This document shows positions 9,302-18,594 of a DNA stretch of 64,000 nt, one piece after another (the stretch's first letter is position 1; each line of letters begins with the position of its first letter). Source of the stretch: an uncultured Nitrospirales bacterium (GTDB taxonomy: Bacteria > Hydrogenedentota > Hydrogenedentia > Hydrogenedentales > GCA-2746185); NCBI GenBank assembly GCA_964467615.1, contig CAYXRK010000003.1:14624-78623 (forward strand), given 5' to 3'. Both the position numbers and the translations under genes were made by a program. The notes below the pieces were generated by a model. That model was not told where the DNA came from, searched no databases, and saw only the letters and a list, made by a program, of their open reading frames with translations.

Positions 9302-10294
9302 GTGAGGTCGCTATGCAGAGTCCAAATTCCAGTGGATGACCATTCGAAAGTCCGTGTTGGTGTCATCGGCGTCGGCCATCTCGGCTCGCACCATGCCCGG
9401 CTGTACGCCGCCGCGGGCAACGTCGACTTAGTCGGGGTTTTCGACACGGATTCCGCGCGCGCCGCAGACGCCGCGGAGCGCTTCAGTACGCGCGCTTTTG
9501 ATTCGCTTGATGCGCTTCTGGCGGAGCGTCCCGATGCCGTTTCCGTAGCGGTCCCAACGCTCGCGCATCACGACGTGACGCTGGCGGCGCTCGAGGCGGG
9601 GGCGGACGTGTTGGTTGAGAAGCCGATAGCGGCGAATGGCGCGGAGGGATCGGCGATGGTCGAGGCGGCGCGGGCGCGCGGCAGGGTGCTGCAAGTCGGG
9701 CACGTCGAGCGGTTCAACGGCGCGGTGATGGCGCTGATGGAATCCATCAGCGGACCACGGTTCATCGAGTGCCATCGCCTCAGCCCCTACCCGAACCGTG
9801 GACACGACGTCAGCGTGGTACATGACCTGATGATTCACGATCTCGATATTGTGCTGGCGTTGGCCGGCCACGAGATCGAGTCGATCGACGCGATCGGCGT
9901 CGCCGTGTTCTCGGAGGCGGAGGACATCGCCAACGCACGGATACGGTTCCGGTCGGGGTGCGTGGCGAACTTGACGGCGAGCCGGGTGTCCGTCGAGCGG
10001 ATGCGGAAAATCCGTATCTTTGAGCCGAACGCCTACGTCTCGACCGACTATTCCGCGCAGGAAGTGCTGGTGTATCGGAAAAAGCCTGGGCCGTTGCCCG
10101 AGGGAGCGTCGCCGATGGAGGCGATTACCATCGAGCCGCTCGAGGTGGTTAGGGAGGAGCCGCTGAAGTTGGAGATCGAGGCGTTCCTCGAATGCGTGCG
10201 GACGCGGAGCACGCCGCGCGTTTCGGGCGAGGACGGCCTGCGCGCGTTGCGGCTCGCGGAAGATTTGATCGCATTCATGCGCGCGCGGACGTGA
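9302..10294 (+). CDS. Gfo/Idh/MocA family NAD-dependent oxidoreductase (GnnA-like candidate)
   Basis: N-terminal Rossmann 'VRVGVIGVGHLGSHHA', 330 aa. Sits between lpxA and lpxB, as does the UDP-GlcNAc 3-dehydrogenase GnnA in organisms that make GlcN3N-lipid A. GTG start at 9302 (alternative 9329). Confidence 0.6.
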   Translation: MRSLCRVQIPVDDHSKVRVGVIGVGHLGSHHARLYAAAGNVDLVGVFDTDSARAADAAERFSTRAFDSLDALLAERPDAVSVAVPTLAHHDVTLAALEAGADVLVEKPIAANGAEGSAMVEAARARGRVLQVGHVERFNGAVMALMESISGPRFIECHRLSPYPNRGHDVSVVHDLMIHDLDIVLALAGHEIESIDAIGVAVFSEAEDIANARIRFRSGCVANLTASRVSVERMRKIRIFEPNAYVSTDYSAQEVLVYRKKPGPLPEGASPMEAITIEPLEVVREEPLKLEIEAFLECVRTRSTPRVSGEDGLRALRLAEDLIAFMRART

Positions 10295-10303
10295 CCCCCT
10301 GTC

Positions 10304-11413
10304 ATGGCCAAGACTGTTTTCCTGGTTGCGGGCGAATCGTCGGGCGACGTGCATGGATCGAATTTGATCCGGGCGCTGCGGGGGTTGGATTCGTCGCTCG
10401 AATTCGAGGGGCTGGGCGGGCAGCGCATGGCAGCGGCGGGGATGCGGCTGCGGCACGATCTCGCCGGGCGCGCGATCATGGGATTCACGGAAGTCGTGCG
10501 CTCGTTTGGATTCATTCGTACCCTGTTCAACGAGACCATTACCCACTTGGAAGCACATCGTCCCGATGTTCTGGTGCTTATCGACTATCCCGGTTTCAAT
10601 ATGCGCCTCGGACGCCGCGCAAAGGCGCTGGGGATTCCGGTCGTCTATTACATCAGCCCGCAGGTCTGGGCTTGGAAAAAAGGCCGCGTGCGCACGTTAG
10701 CGTCCTTCGTCGACAAGATGCTCGTTATCTTGCCCTTCGAGGAAGTCATCTACCGCGAGGCGAATGTGCCCTGCGCGTACGTGGGCCATCCGTTGCTGGA
10801 TCATGTAAGCGATTGGTTTCCGCGAACGAAAATCGAAGGCGATCCCGTGATCGGCCTGTTGCCGGGAAGCCGAGAGCAGGAGATTCGGCGGATACTTCCG
10901 CCGATGATCGAAACGGCGAAGGGAATCCGCGAGAAATATCCCCGCGCTAAATTCGTCACGGCGTGTGTGGACAAGCAACGTGAGGAACAGATTCGGGCAC
11001 TGGCCGGCGATTTTCCCGTCGAGACGCACGTGGGCGGAATGTACGATGTACTCGGCCCGGCACGGTTCTGCATGGTCGCGTCGGGCACGGCGACGGTCGA
11101 GGCCGCGCTATTCGGCGTGCCGTTCGTTATTCTCTATCGGGTGACGCCCGTGACGTATTGGATGGCGCGCATGCTGGTGGATATCGAGCACATCGGCATG
11201 GTAAACATCCTTGCGGGCAAACGGCTCGTTCCGGAGTTTGTCCAGGGGCGGGCGGCCGCGCGCGAAATTCTACCCACCGCGCTTACGTTGATCGACGAAT
11301 CGCCCGAACGCCGCGCGATGATCGGCGGCCTTGCGGCGGTCCGCGAGGTCCTCGGCGGACCGGGCGCATCCGAGCGGGCGGCACGGGAAATTCTCACGGT
11401 GATTAATCGCTGA
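10304..11413 (+). CDS. lpxB: lipid-A-disaccharide synthase
   Basis: 'MAKTVFLVAGESSGDVHGSNLIRAL' is the LpxB N-terminus; GT-B fold, 369 aa. Confidence 0.9.
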   Translation: MAKTVFLVAGESSGDVHGSNLIRALRGLDSSLEFEGLGGQRMAAAGMRLRHDLAGRAIMGFTEVVRSFGFIRTLFNETITHLEAHRPDVLVLIDYPGFNMRLGRRAKALGIPVVYYISPQVWAWKKGRVRTLASFVDKMLVILPFEEVIYREANVPCAYVGHPLLDHVSDWFPRTKIEGDPVIGLLPGSREQEIRRILPPMIETAKGIREKYPRAKFVTACVDKQREEQIRALAGDFPVETHVGGMYDVLGPARFCMVASGTATVEAALFGVPFVILYRVTPVTYWMARMLVDIEHIGMVNILAGKRLVPEFVQGRAAAREILPTALTLIDESPERRAMIGGLAAVREVLGGPGASERAAREILTVINR

Positions 11414-11416
11414 CGC

Positions 11417-14107
11417 ATGGCCGAGAAACTCTACATCGTCGATGGAATGGCCTATGCCTTTCGCTCGTACTTTGCGATCCGCAATCTGCGCGATTCGCAA
11501 GGGCGGCCGACCAACGCCGTGTACGGGTTCGCGCGCGTGGTGTTGAAACTGCTGCGTGAGGAGAAGCCCGCGTATCTGGTCATGGTGTTCGACGCGCCGG
11601 GCAAGACCTTTCGCGACGACATGTATCCCGCGTACAAAGCGACGCGGCAAGAGACGCCCGAAGACCTGATCCACCAATTTGATCGCATCGACGAACTCGT
11701 CCGGGCATTCGACATTCCGCTGTTGCGCATTCCCGGCGTCGAGGCGGACGACGTGATGGGCACGCTCGCGCGGCGTGCCGAGGCCGCGGGGATGGAGGCG
11801 GTCGTGGTGTCGGCGGACAAGGACGTGCTGCAACTGGTCACCGATCACACGCTGGTGTATGACCCGAACCGCGGCGACAAGGGGACCTGGTACGACCGCA
11901 AGGGCGTCGAGGAACGCTTTGGCGTGCCGCCGGGAAACGTGATCGAGGTGCTCGGCCTCATGGGCGATTCGGCGGACAACGTGCCCGGCGTAAAAGGCAT
12001 CGGCGAGAAGACGGCGATCAAGTTGTTGCAACAATACAAGACGATCGCGGGGGTGTACGAACACATCGACGAACTCAAGGGCAAGCAAAAGGAGAGGCTC
12101 GTCGAGGACCGCGACATGGCGCTTCTCAGCCGCGAACTGGTGACGATTAAGACGGACGTTGAACTCGACGCCGATCTCGAATCGTTCCGGACGAGGGAGC
12201 TCGACCGGAAGAAACTTTCCGACATCTTTGTGTCGCTTGAATTTCAATCGCTGCTCGAAGAATTCCTGCCGGACGCGGCAGACACCGAAAAACTCGACTA
12301 CCAATTGGTCTTGACCGAGGCGCAGTTGGAATCGCTGGCCGATCAATTGCGCAAGGTAGGCACGTTCTCTCTCGATACGGAAACCACGTCGACCGATCCG
12401 ATGCAGGCGAAACTGTGCGGAATTTCGCTCAGTTGGCGCGAGGCCACGGGGTACTACATCCCCGTGGGGCACCGGCCGGAGGCGATGACGTTGGACGGGA
12501 AACCCGTAGCCGGGCTGTCCGCCGAGGCGGTTCTGAAGACGCTCGGGCCGATTTTCGCGGACGAATCCGCCGGGAAAATCGGCCACAACATCAAGTATGA
12601 CATGGTCGTCCTCGAACGGGCTGGCGCGCCTGTACGCGGGATAGCGATGGACACGATGGTCGCCAGCTACTTGACAGACCCGTCCAGAGTGAGGCACAAT
12701 CTAAACGAGGTCAGTCTCTACTACCTCAAGCGCAAGTTGATCCCGATATCCGATTTGATAGGATCGGGGTCCAAGGCGACCACCTTCGACCATGTCCCCA
12801 TCGAGCGCGCGTGCGAGTACGCCGCCGAGGACGCGGACATAGCTTGGCGCTTGTCGTCGATATTTCGCGGGACACTCGCGGAGCGTGGACTGGGGCCGCT
12901 TCACGAGGAAATTGAACTCCCTCTGATTTACGTTCTTGCCCGCATGGAAATGGCGGGCGTAGCGATAGATCGGGGTGTTTTCGCCGGCCTCCAGCGCGAA
13001 ATGGAGGTCCGCCTCAAGGAATTAGAGGCGGAAATACACGGACTGGCGGGTGACCGGTTCAACATCAATTCACCCAAGCAACTCCAGAAGATCCTTTTCG
13101 AGGACCTGGGATTAACGCCGCTACGCAAGACGAAGACCGGGTACTCGACGGACGTCGACGTGCTCGAAGACCTTGCGCGGCAGCATCCTCTTCCCGAAAA
13201 GATTCTGGAATATCGGACCCTGGAGAAACTTCGCGGGACCTACGTCGAAGCCCTTCCGAAAATGGTGGACCCGGAAACCGGGCGCATCCACACCTCGTTC
13301 AATCAAGCGGTGGCGGCGACCGGCCGGCTCTCCAGCAGCGACCCCAACTTGCAGAACATTCCAGTTCGCAACGAGATGGGCAAGCGAATTCGGCAGGGGT
13401 TCGTGGCGGCAGGCCCCACGTATCGACTCATCTCGGCCGATTACTCGCAAATTGAATTACGGATTTTGGCCCACCTCTCCGGCGACAGGGCCCTGCAAGA
13501 AGCCTTTCGCCACGAGATGGACATTCATACCGACACCGCGTCGCGCGTGTTCGACGTGATGCCCGCGATGGTCACGCCCGATATGCGGCGTCAAGCCAAG
13601 GCGGTGAACTTCGGCGTGGTCTACGGGATCAGCGCATTTGGTCTTGCTCGGAACATTGGCGTGTCGAATTCGGACGCGCAGAAGTTCATCGACAATTACT
13701 TCGCGCAATACCCCGGCGTCCACGCGTGGATTCAGGCGACCATCCAAGAAGCGCGGAAGAACGGGTTCGTGCGCACGCTGATGAACCGGCGGCGCTACGT
13801 GCCGGAGATCTCGAGCAGCAACACGGCCACGCGCCGCGGCGCTGAGCGAATCGCGATCAACACGCCGGTGCAAGGCACGGCGGCGGACGTGATTAAGATC
13901 GCGATGATTCGGCTCGACCGCGCGCTCGAGGGGCTCGATGCGCGACTCATTCTGCAAGTCCACGACGAACTCGTCGTCGAGGCGCATGAGGACGTCGCGG
14001 AACGCGCGGCGCAGTTGACGCGCGAGACGATGGAGAACGCGATCTCGCTTGATGTGCCGCTGAAGGTTGACGCGGGCATCGGGCGGAACTGGGCCGAAAT
14101 CCACTAA
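11417..14107 (+). CDS. polA: DNA polymerase I
   Basis: 896 aa. 5'-3' exonuclease N-terminus (MAEKLYIVDGMAYAFRSYFA), 3'-5' exonuclease domain and polymerase motifs (RRQAKAVNFGVVYGIS; LQVHDELVVE). Confidence 0.95.
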   Translation: MAEKLYIVDGMAYAFRSYFAIRNLRDSQGRPTNAVYGFARVVLKLLREEKPAYLVMVFDAPGKTFRDDMYPAYKATRQETPEDLIHQFDRIDELVRAFDIPLLRIPGVEADDVMGTLARRAEAAGMEAVVVSADKDVLQLVTDHTLVYDPNRGDKGTWYDRKGVEERFGVPPGNVIEVLGLMGDSADNVPGVKGIGEKTAIKLLQQYKTIAGVYEHIDELKGKQKERLVEDRDMALLSRELVTIKTDVELDADLESFRTRELDRKKLSDIFVSLEFQSLLEEFLPDAADTEKLDYQLVLTEAQLESLADQLRKVGTFSLDTETTSTDPMQAKLCGISLSWREATGYYIPVGHRPEAMTLDGKPVAGLSAEAVLKTLGPIFADESAGKIGHNIKYDMVVLERAGAPVRGIAMDTMVASYLTDPSRVRHNLNEVSLYYLKRKLIPISDLIGSGSKATTFDHVPIERACEYAAEDADIAWRLSSIFRGTLAERGLGPLHEEIELPLIYVLARMEMAGVAIDRGVFAGLQREMEVRLKELEAEIHGLAGDRFNINSPKQLQKILFEDLGLTPLRKTKTGYSTDVDVLEDLARQHPLPEKILEYRTLEKLRGTYVEALPKMVDPETGRIHTSFNQAVAATGRLSSSDPNLQNIPVRNEMGKRIRQGFVAAGPTYRLISADYSQIELRILAHLSGDRALQEAFRHEMDIHTDTASRVFDVMPAMVTPDMRRQAKAVNFGVVYGISAFGLARNIGVSNSDAQKFIDNYFAQYPGVHAWIQATIQEARKNGFVRTLMNRRRYVPEISSSNTATRRGAERIAINTPVQGTAADVIKIAMIRLDRALEGLDARLILQVHDELVVEAHEDVAERAAQLTRETMENAISLDVPLKVDAGIGRNWAEIH

Positions 14108-14226
14108 AGGCAGTACAACGAACGGTGTGCCCGATCGGGACACGCTGAAAACTCCTGGACGCCGCGCTTAGACGGCGTACGCCCAGCTGCGTATACACGA
14201 ACCTAATAACAATCAGTAATCGAGGT

Positions 14227-15732
14227 ATGACCATGAACGATCGTCCAATGGACAAAGGCCCCCGGCAAAAGAACCGTCAGATGAAGCGCCACAGCGGTGG
14301 TGGCGGTGGTGGCGGCAATCCGAACATGAACAATCCGAACCAGCAGCGGAACATGAACCGCAACAGTAACAGCAACAACAATCGGAACCGCCGGCCAGGC
14401 GGCCCGCCGGGCAAATTCTTTCGGCGCAGGCCGGACATCCTCGACGTTGAGGACGAGGATTTTGAAATCAAAGACGGCCCAGTCGTCTCGATTACCAAAA
14501 TGCACCGCATGAACGTGCAAGAGCTCCAGGCCAAGGCCGAAGAACTCGGCAACGAGGAACACGGGTTAAAGAAGCAAGACCTGATTTTCTGGATTCTCCA
14601 GCACAGCCTCGACAACGCGGGATCGGTCGTCGGCGAGGGGACACTCGAAATCCTTCCGGACGGTTTCGGCTTTCTGCGATCAAACGACTACTCCTACCAA
14701 TCCGGCCCGGACGACGTCTACGTGTCGCCGTCGCAGATTCGTAAGTTCGGTCTTCGCACGGGCGACACGATTCTAGGCCACGTCCGGCCGCCCAAAGAGG
14801 GCGAGCGGTATTTCGCGCTGCTGAAAGTCAGCACGGTCAACGACACCGATCCGGCCGTCGCGCGCGAGCGCGTCCTATTCGACAATTTGACGCCGCTCCA
14901 CCCAGACGAACGCATTCGCCTGGAGACGACGCAAAAGGAAGTGGCGATGCGCGTGATGGACCTCGTCTCGCCCATCGGCAAGGGCCAGCGCGGACTTATC
15001 GTCGCGGCCCCGTTCACGGGGAAAACGGTGCTCATGCAGAAGATCGCAAACAGCGTTTCGGTGAACCATCCGGAAATTGCCGTGATCGTGCTGTTGATTG
15101 ACGAGCGACCGGAAGAAGTGACGGACATGAGGCGCTCGGTCAAGGGCGAGGTCATCGCGTCCACGTTCGACGAGCCGGCGGACCGGCACGTCCAAGTCGC
15201 GGAAATGGTGCTCGAAAAGGCCAAGCGACTGGTCGAACACGGCCGGGACGTGGTCATCCTGCTCGATTCCATCACCCGACTTGCGCGCGCCTATAACCAG
15301 ATCGTCCCCTCGACCGGCAAAGTGCTTTCCGGGGGCGTTGAGGCCAGCGCGCTACAGCGCCCGAAACGGTTTTTCGGAGCGGCGAGAAACATCGAGGAAG
15401 GCGGCAGCCTTACGATCATCGCGACCGCGCTCGTCGATACCGGCAGCCGCATGGACGAAGTTATCTTTGAAGAGTTCAAGGGCACGGGGAACATGGAGGT
15501 CCACCTGGACCGCCGGTTGATGGAGAAGCGCATCTTCCCGGCGATCGATATTCATCGGTCGCGCACGCGCAAGGAAGAACTGCTCATCGAGAGCGATGAA
15601 CTGCAGCGGATTTGGCTGCTGATCAAAGTGCTTAGCCCGCTCGAAACGGCCGAAGCCACGGAGATGCTCATCGAGAAACTGAAGAAGACGGATAGCAACA
15701 AGGACTTCCTCGCGATGATGCAGAAGATGTAG
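14227..15732 (+). CDS. rho: transcription termination factor Rho with an N/Q/G-rich low-complexity N-terminal extension
   Basis: Rho N-terminal domain ([21 protein letters not shown]), CSD-like RNA-binding domain and RecA-like core with Walker A '[14 protein letters not shown]'. Residues ~20-60 are G/N/Q-rich ([33 protein letters not shown]). The start may be the second ATG at 14233, which has better SD spacing. Confidence 0.9.
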   Translation: MTMNDRPMDKGPRQKNRQMKRHSGGGGGGGNPNMNNPNQQRNMNRNSNSNNNRNRRPGGPPGKFFRRRPDILDVEDEDFEIKDGPVVSITKMHRMNVQELQAKAEELGNEEHGLKKQDLIFWILQHSLDNAGSVVGEGTLEILPDGFGFLRSNDYSYQSGPDDVYVSPSQIRKFGLRTGDTILGHVRPPKEGERYFALLKVSTVNDTDPAVARERVLFDNLTPLHPDERIRLETTQKEVAMRVMDLVSPIGKGQRGLIVAAPFTGKTVLMQKIANSVSVNHPEIAVIVLLIDERPEEVTDMRRSVKGEVIASTFDEPADRHVQVAEMVLEKAKRLVEHGRDVVILLDSITRLARAYNQIVPSTGKVLSGGVEASALQRPKRFFGAARNIEEGGSLTIIATALVDTGSRMDEVIFEEFKGTGNMEVHLDRRLMEKRIFPAIDIHRSRTRKEELLIESDELQRIWLLIKVLSPLETAEATEMLIEKLKKTDSNKDFLAMMQKM

Positions 15733-15797
15733 TGAAAGCGGTAGAACGAGTGCTTCGGTGACCGATTGCTCGCTCAGGAATGAGACTTCGCCTCAGA

Positions 15798-15884
15798 CCC
15801 GTCATTCCCGCGAAAGCGGAAGTCCAGCGGTATGCCGGGCAGATCGGTCACGTGTCTGGATTCCCGCTTTCGCGGGAATGACGG
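15798..15884. repeat. nested palindromic element: 22-bp perfect inverted repeat (cccgtcattcccgcgaaagcgg) separated by 38 bp, with each arm itself a small hairpin (attcccgc-N4-gcgggaat)
   Basis: Read directly: 15798-15819 is the reverse complement of 15863-15884. A 'cgggaatgacg' motif recurs in tandem at 15874-15902. Lies between rho and trpS. Confidence 0.6.
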
Positions 15885-15990
15885 GCGCGGCGGGAATGAC
15901 GAGCGCGGATGGGGCGACGATGCGAGCGTAAGTATTCCCCAAGATACATCGTACAATCGGGACTCGATGCGAGAACAAGGCTGCGCACCA

Positions 15991-17055
15991 ATGGCGGACA
16001 CGAGGGAAATTATTCTGTCGGGCATCCGGCCAACGGGCCGCTTGCATTACGGGAACTACTTCGGCGCGATCAAGAACTTTCTCCGGCTTCAGGAGGAAGG
16101 GCATGAATGCTTTTATTTCATCGCCGATTACCACGCGCTGACGACGGTATCCGAGCGCACGGATTTTTTTCAGCAAACGATCGACATGCTGCGAACCTAC
16201 GTCGCGTGCGGTCTGGATCCGAAGCGAGCGGTCATTTATCGGCAGAGCGATTTGCCGAGCACGGCGGAACTTGCCTTGCTGCTTGGCATGATCACAAACA
16301 TCGGGTATCTGGAGCGCGGCACGACGTACAAGGACTCCGTCGCCAAGCTCGCTGGCGGCACTGAAGGCCCCGAGGGCAATCCCATTTCGTACGGCTTGCT
16401 CGGCTATCCGGTGCTCATGGCGGCGGACATCTTGATCGTGCGCGCGGACAAAGTGCCCGTCGGGGACGACCAGCGCCAGCACGTCGAAATGGCGATCAAT
16501 CTCGCGCGGCGATTCAATTCGCGCTTCGGCCGCGAGGTCCTCAAGCTGCCGCACCCCGTCGCGCGCGATGCGGTCCGGCTGCCGGGGCTCGACGGCGGCG
16601 TGAAGATGGGGAAGTCCGAGAACAACGACCTTGGGCTTCTCGACGATCCGAAAACGGTGCTCGATAAGATCAAAGGCGTGCAGACGACGACGGACCCGCT
16701 TCCGCTGAAGAGCGAATCGGATGACCCGGACCTCGTCATACCGGAACTGCCGCCGGGCCTCGGCGCGCTGTACCGGATTTTGAATCTCGTTGCGCCAGAG
16801 GAGGTCTATCTCGACTTTGTCGGCAAATACCGGCGCGGCGAAAAGTTTTACGGCAAACTCAAGACAACGCTCGCGGAATACGTCAATGGTTTCAATCGAC
16901 CGCTCATCGATCGGTTCAACGCGCCGGACAATACCCCCGGCACTGTTAAGGATTTCCTGCGCGCCAACGCCGAGCGCGTGACTCCCATTGCCCTCGAAAC
17001 CGTCGAAGCCTGCCGCGAGGCCATCGGTATCGGTCACAGCTTGTATCGTGGCTAA
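15991..17055 (+). CDS. trpS: tryptophan--tRNA ligase
   Basis: Class I HIGH region 'SGIRPTGRLHYGNYFGAI' and 'KMGKS' (KMSKS). Start chosen at ATG 15991 (MADTREII); the ORF-track 15832 start would read through the palindromic element. Confidence 0.9.
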   Translation: MADTREIILSGIRPTGRLHYGNYFGAIKNFLRLQEEGHECFYFIADYHALTTVSERTDFFQQTIDMLRTYVACGLDPKRAVIYRQSDLPSTAELALLLGMITNIGYLERGTTYKDSVAKLAGGTEGPEGNPISYGLLGYPVLMAADILIVRADKVPVGDDQRQHVEMAINLARRFNSRFGREVLKLPHPVARDAVRLPGLDGGVKMGKSENNDLGLLDDPKTVLDKIKGVQTTTDPLPLKSESDDPDLVIPELPPGLGALYRILNLVAPEEVYLDFVGKYRRGEKFYGKLKTTLAEYVNGFNRPLIDRFNAPDNTPGTVKDFLRANAERVTPIALETVEACREAIGIGHSLYRG

Positions 17056-17186
17056 GGTCTGACTCTTGTCAACTGTTTTCTTGTCCGCTTTCACGCCCTG
17101 TGTTAGACTTTTGACGAGCGGATTCGCCCTGGAGGACCGGTAAGGGGTAGGGCCGCCGCACAGGGAAGTAATCGAGGGAGGATCTC

Positions 17187-18584
17187 ATGGCCCCTGCGAA
17201 GAACGACCAGCGTCAGGATCGGCGCGTCGCCGCGGAAATGCCTGTTCGGTATCGCGTGCTAGGCGGGACCGGGGAGCTCGCGGCGGAACAACGCACGAAG
17301 ACCACCAATATTTCCATGAGCGGCGTGGCGTTCGTGTCTCCGCTAAATATAGCGATCGACACGCGCGTCACCGTCGCCGTGAATATGCCCGACAAGCGCG
17401 GCGAACTCGAGTGCGAAGCCATCGTTATGCGCATCGTCCGCGAGTTGCCCGGCGAGCAGGGCGTCGAGTATGGCATCCAGTTCGACATGGACACCGTGCG
17501 CGATCAGGAACGGCTTCAACTGTTCGTCCGGTCGATCGACATCGTACCGCTTCTCGAATACATGATGAAGAACAACGCCACGGACCTCCACCTTACGGCC
17601 GATTCCGCCCCCATTTTCCGCGTGAACCGCCAACTGCTCAAGACCGACGGGCGGGCGCTTTCCCGCGACGCCGTGAAAGCACTCGTTCTGGGGACCCTCA
17701 CCCCGGATCGCCGCGAGGCGTTTGTGCGCTCGAGGGAAATCTACTATCCGTTCTTTATCCCCGGGCTTGGACGTTGGCGGGTGAGCGCGTTCCAACAGCG
17801 GGGCAATATCGAGGCCGTGTTTCACAATGTGGATACGTACGTTCCGACAATCGAGGACCTCGATCTGCCGGAGATATTGCATAACATCGCAGTGACCCAA
17901 GGCGGGTTGGTCTGCGTGACGGGCGGCGCGGGCACGGGAAAATCCACGACTATCGCGGCAATGATTCGCACGATCAACCGCGAGCAGCAGCGCGTCATCG
18001 TCACCATCGAGGATCCGATCCAATACATTCATGAAAACGAACGGTCCGTCATCAAGCAACGTGAAGTCGGTTTCGATACCAGCTCCGTTGCCGAGGGGCT
18101 TTCACACGTTTTGCGCCAGGATCCGGACGTCATCGTCATCGACGACGTACCGGACGCGGAAGTGATGGACATGGCGATGCGCGCGGCGGAGTCTGGCCGC
18201 TTGGTGATCGTCACGATGCACACGACCGACGCGATCACGACGGTGCGGCGGATTATCGGCATGTATCCGGAACATCGCCGGCTGAGCGTACTGCAATCGG
18301 TCGCGGCGGCCCTTCGCGCGGTGATTTCGCAACGCATCGCGCCGACGATAGACGGCCGCGGCGCGATGATGGTTCCCGAAATCCTAACGATGACTGAACC
18401 GATGCGCCAGGCGATTCGCACCAACAAAATCGAACAGCTTTACAACCTCATGGCCGGCGCTCCCGGATGCATCACGCTGGACGCGGGCTTGCGCAGCGCG
18501 TTGTTACGCGGCCGAATCGACTTCGATACCGCCTCCCAATTCGCGCGGGACCCCGAAGGCCTCCGCCGCGCAGTCGCCGTCTAG
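17187..18584 (+). CDS. PilZ-domain / PilT-like (T4P-T2SS secretion ATPase family) fusion protein
   Basis: N-terminus carries both c-di-GMP-binding PilZ motifs: 'RQDRR' (RxxxR) and 'NISMSG' (D/NxSxxG). The C-terminus is PilT/PilU-like: 'LEYMMKNNATDLHLT', Walker A 'GGAGTGKSTT', 'LRQDPDVIVIDDVPD' (Asp where the PilT Walker-B Glu sits), and His-box-like 'IVTMHTTDA'. Confidence 0.7.
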   Translation: MAPAKNDQRQDRRVAAEMPVRYRVLGGTGELAAEQRTKTTNISMSGVAFVSPLNIAIDTRVTVAVNMPDKRGELECEAIVMRIVRELPGEQGVEYGIQFDMDTVRDQERLQLFVRSIDIVPLLEYMMKNNATDLHLTADSAPIFRVNRQLLKTDGRALSRDAVKALVLGTLTPDRREAFVRSREIYYPFFIPGLGRWRVSAFQQRGNIEAVFHNVDTYVPTIEDLDLPEILHNIAVTQGGLVCVTGGAGTGKSTTIAAMIRTINREQQRVIVTIEDPIQYIHENERSVIKQREVGFDTSSVAEGLSHVLRQDPDVIVIDDVPDAEVMDMAMRAAESGRLVIVTMHTTDAITTVRRIIGMYPEHRRLSVLQSVAAALRAVISQRIAPTIDGRGAMMVPEILTMTEPMRQAIRTNKIEQLYNLMAGAPGCITLDAGLRSALLRGRIDFDTASQFARDPEGLRRAVAV

Positions 18585-18594
18585 ATAGTACGGC

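Noticed and set aside
11270-12697. 475-aa minus-strand ORF overlapping polA
   Set aside because: It is antisense to polA, which has unambiguous motifs. It is Arg-rich with no recognisable domain.
15802-17094. 430-aa ORF on the minus strand
   Set aside because: It is entirely antisense to the well-supported trpS gene. Long antisense ORFs are expected by chance in high-GC DNA, and it has no motifs.
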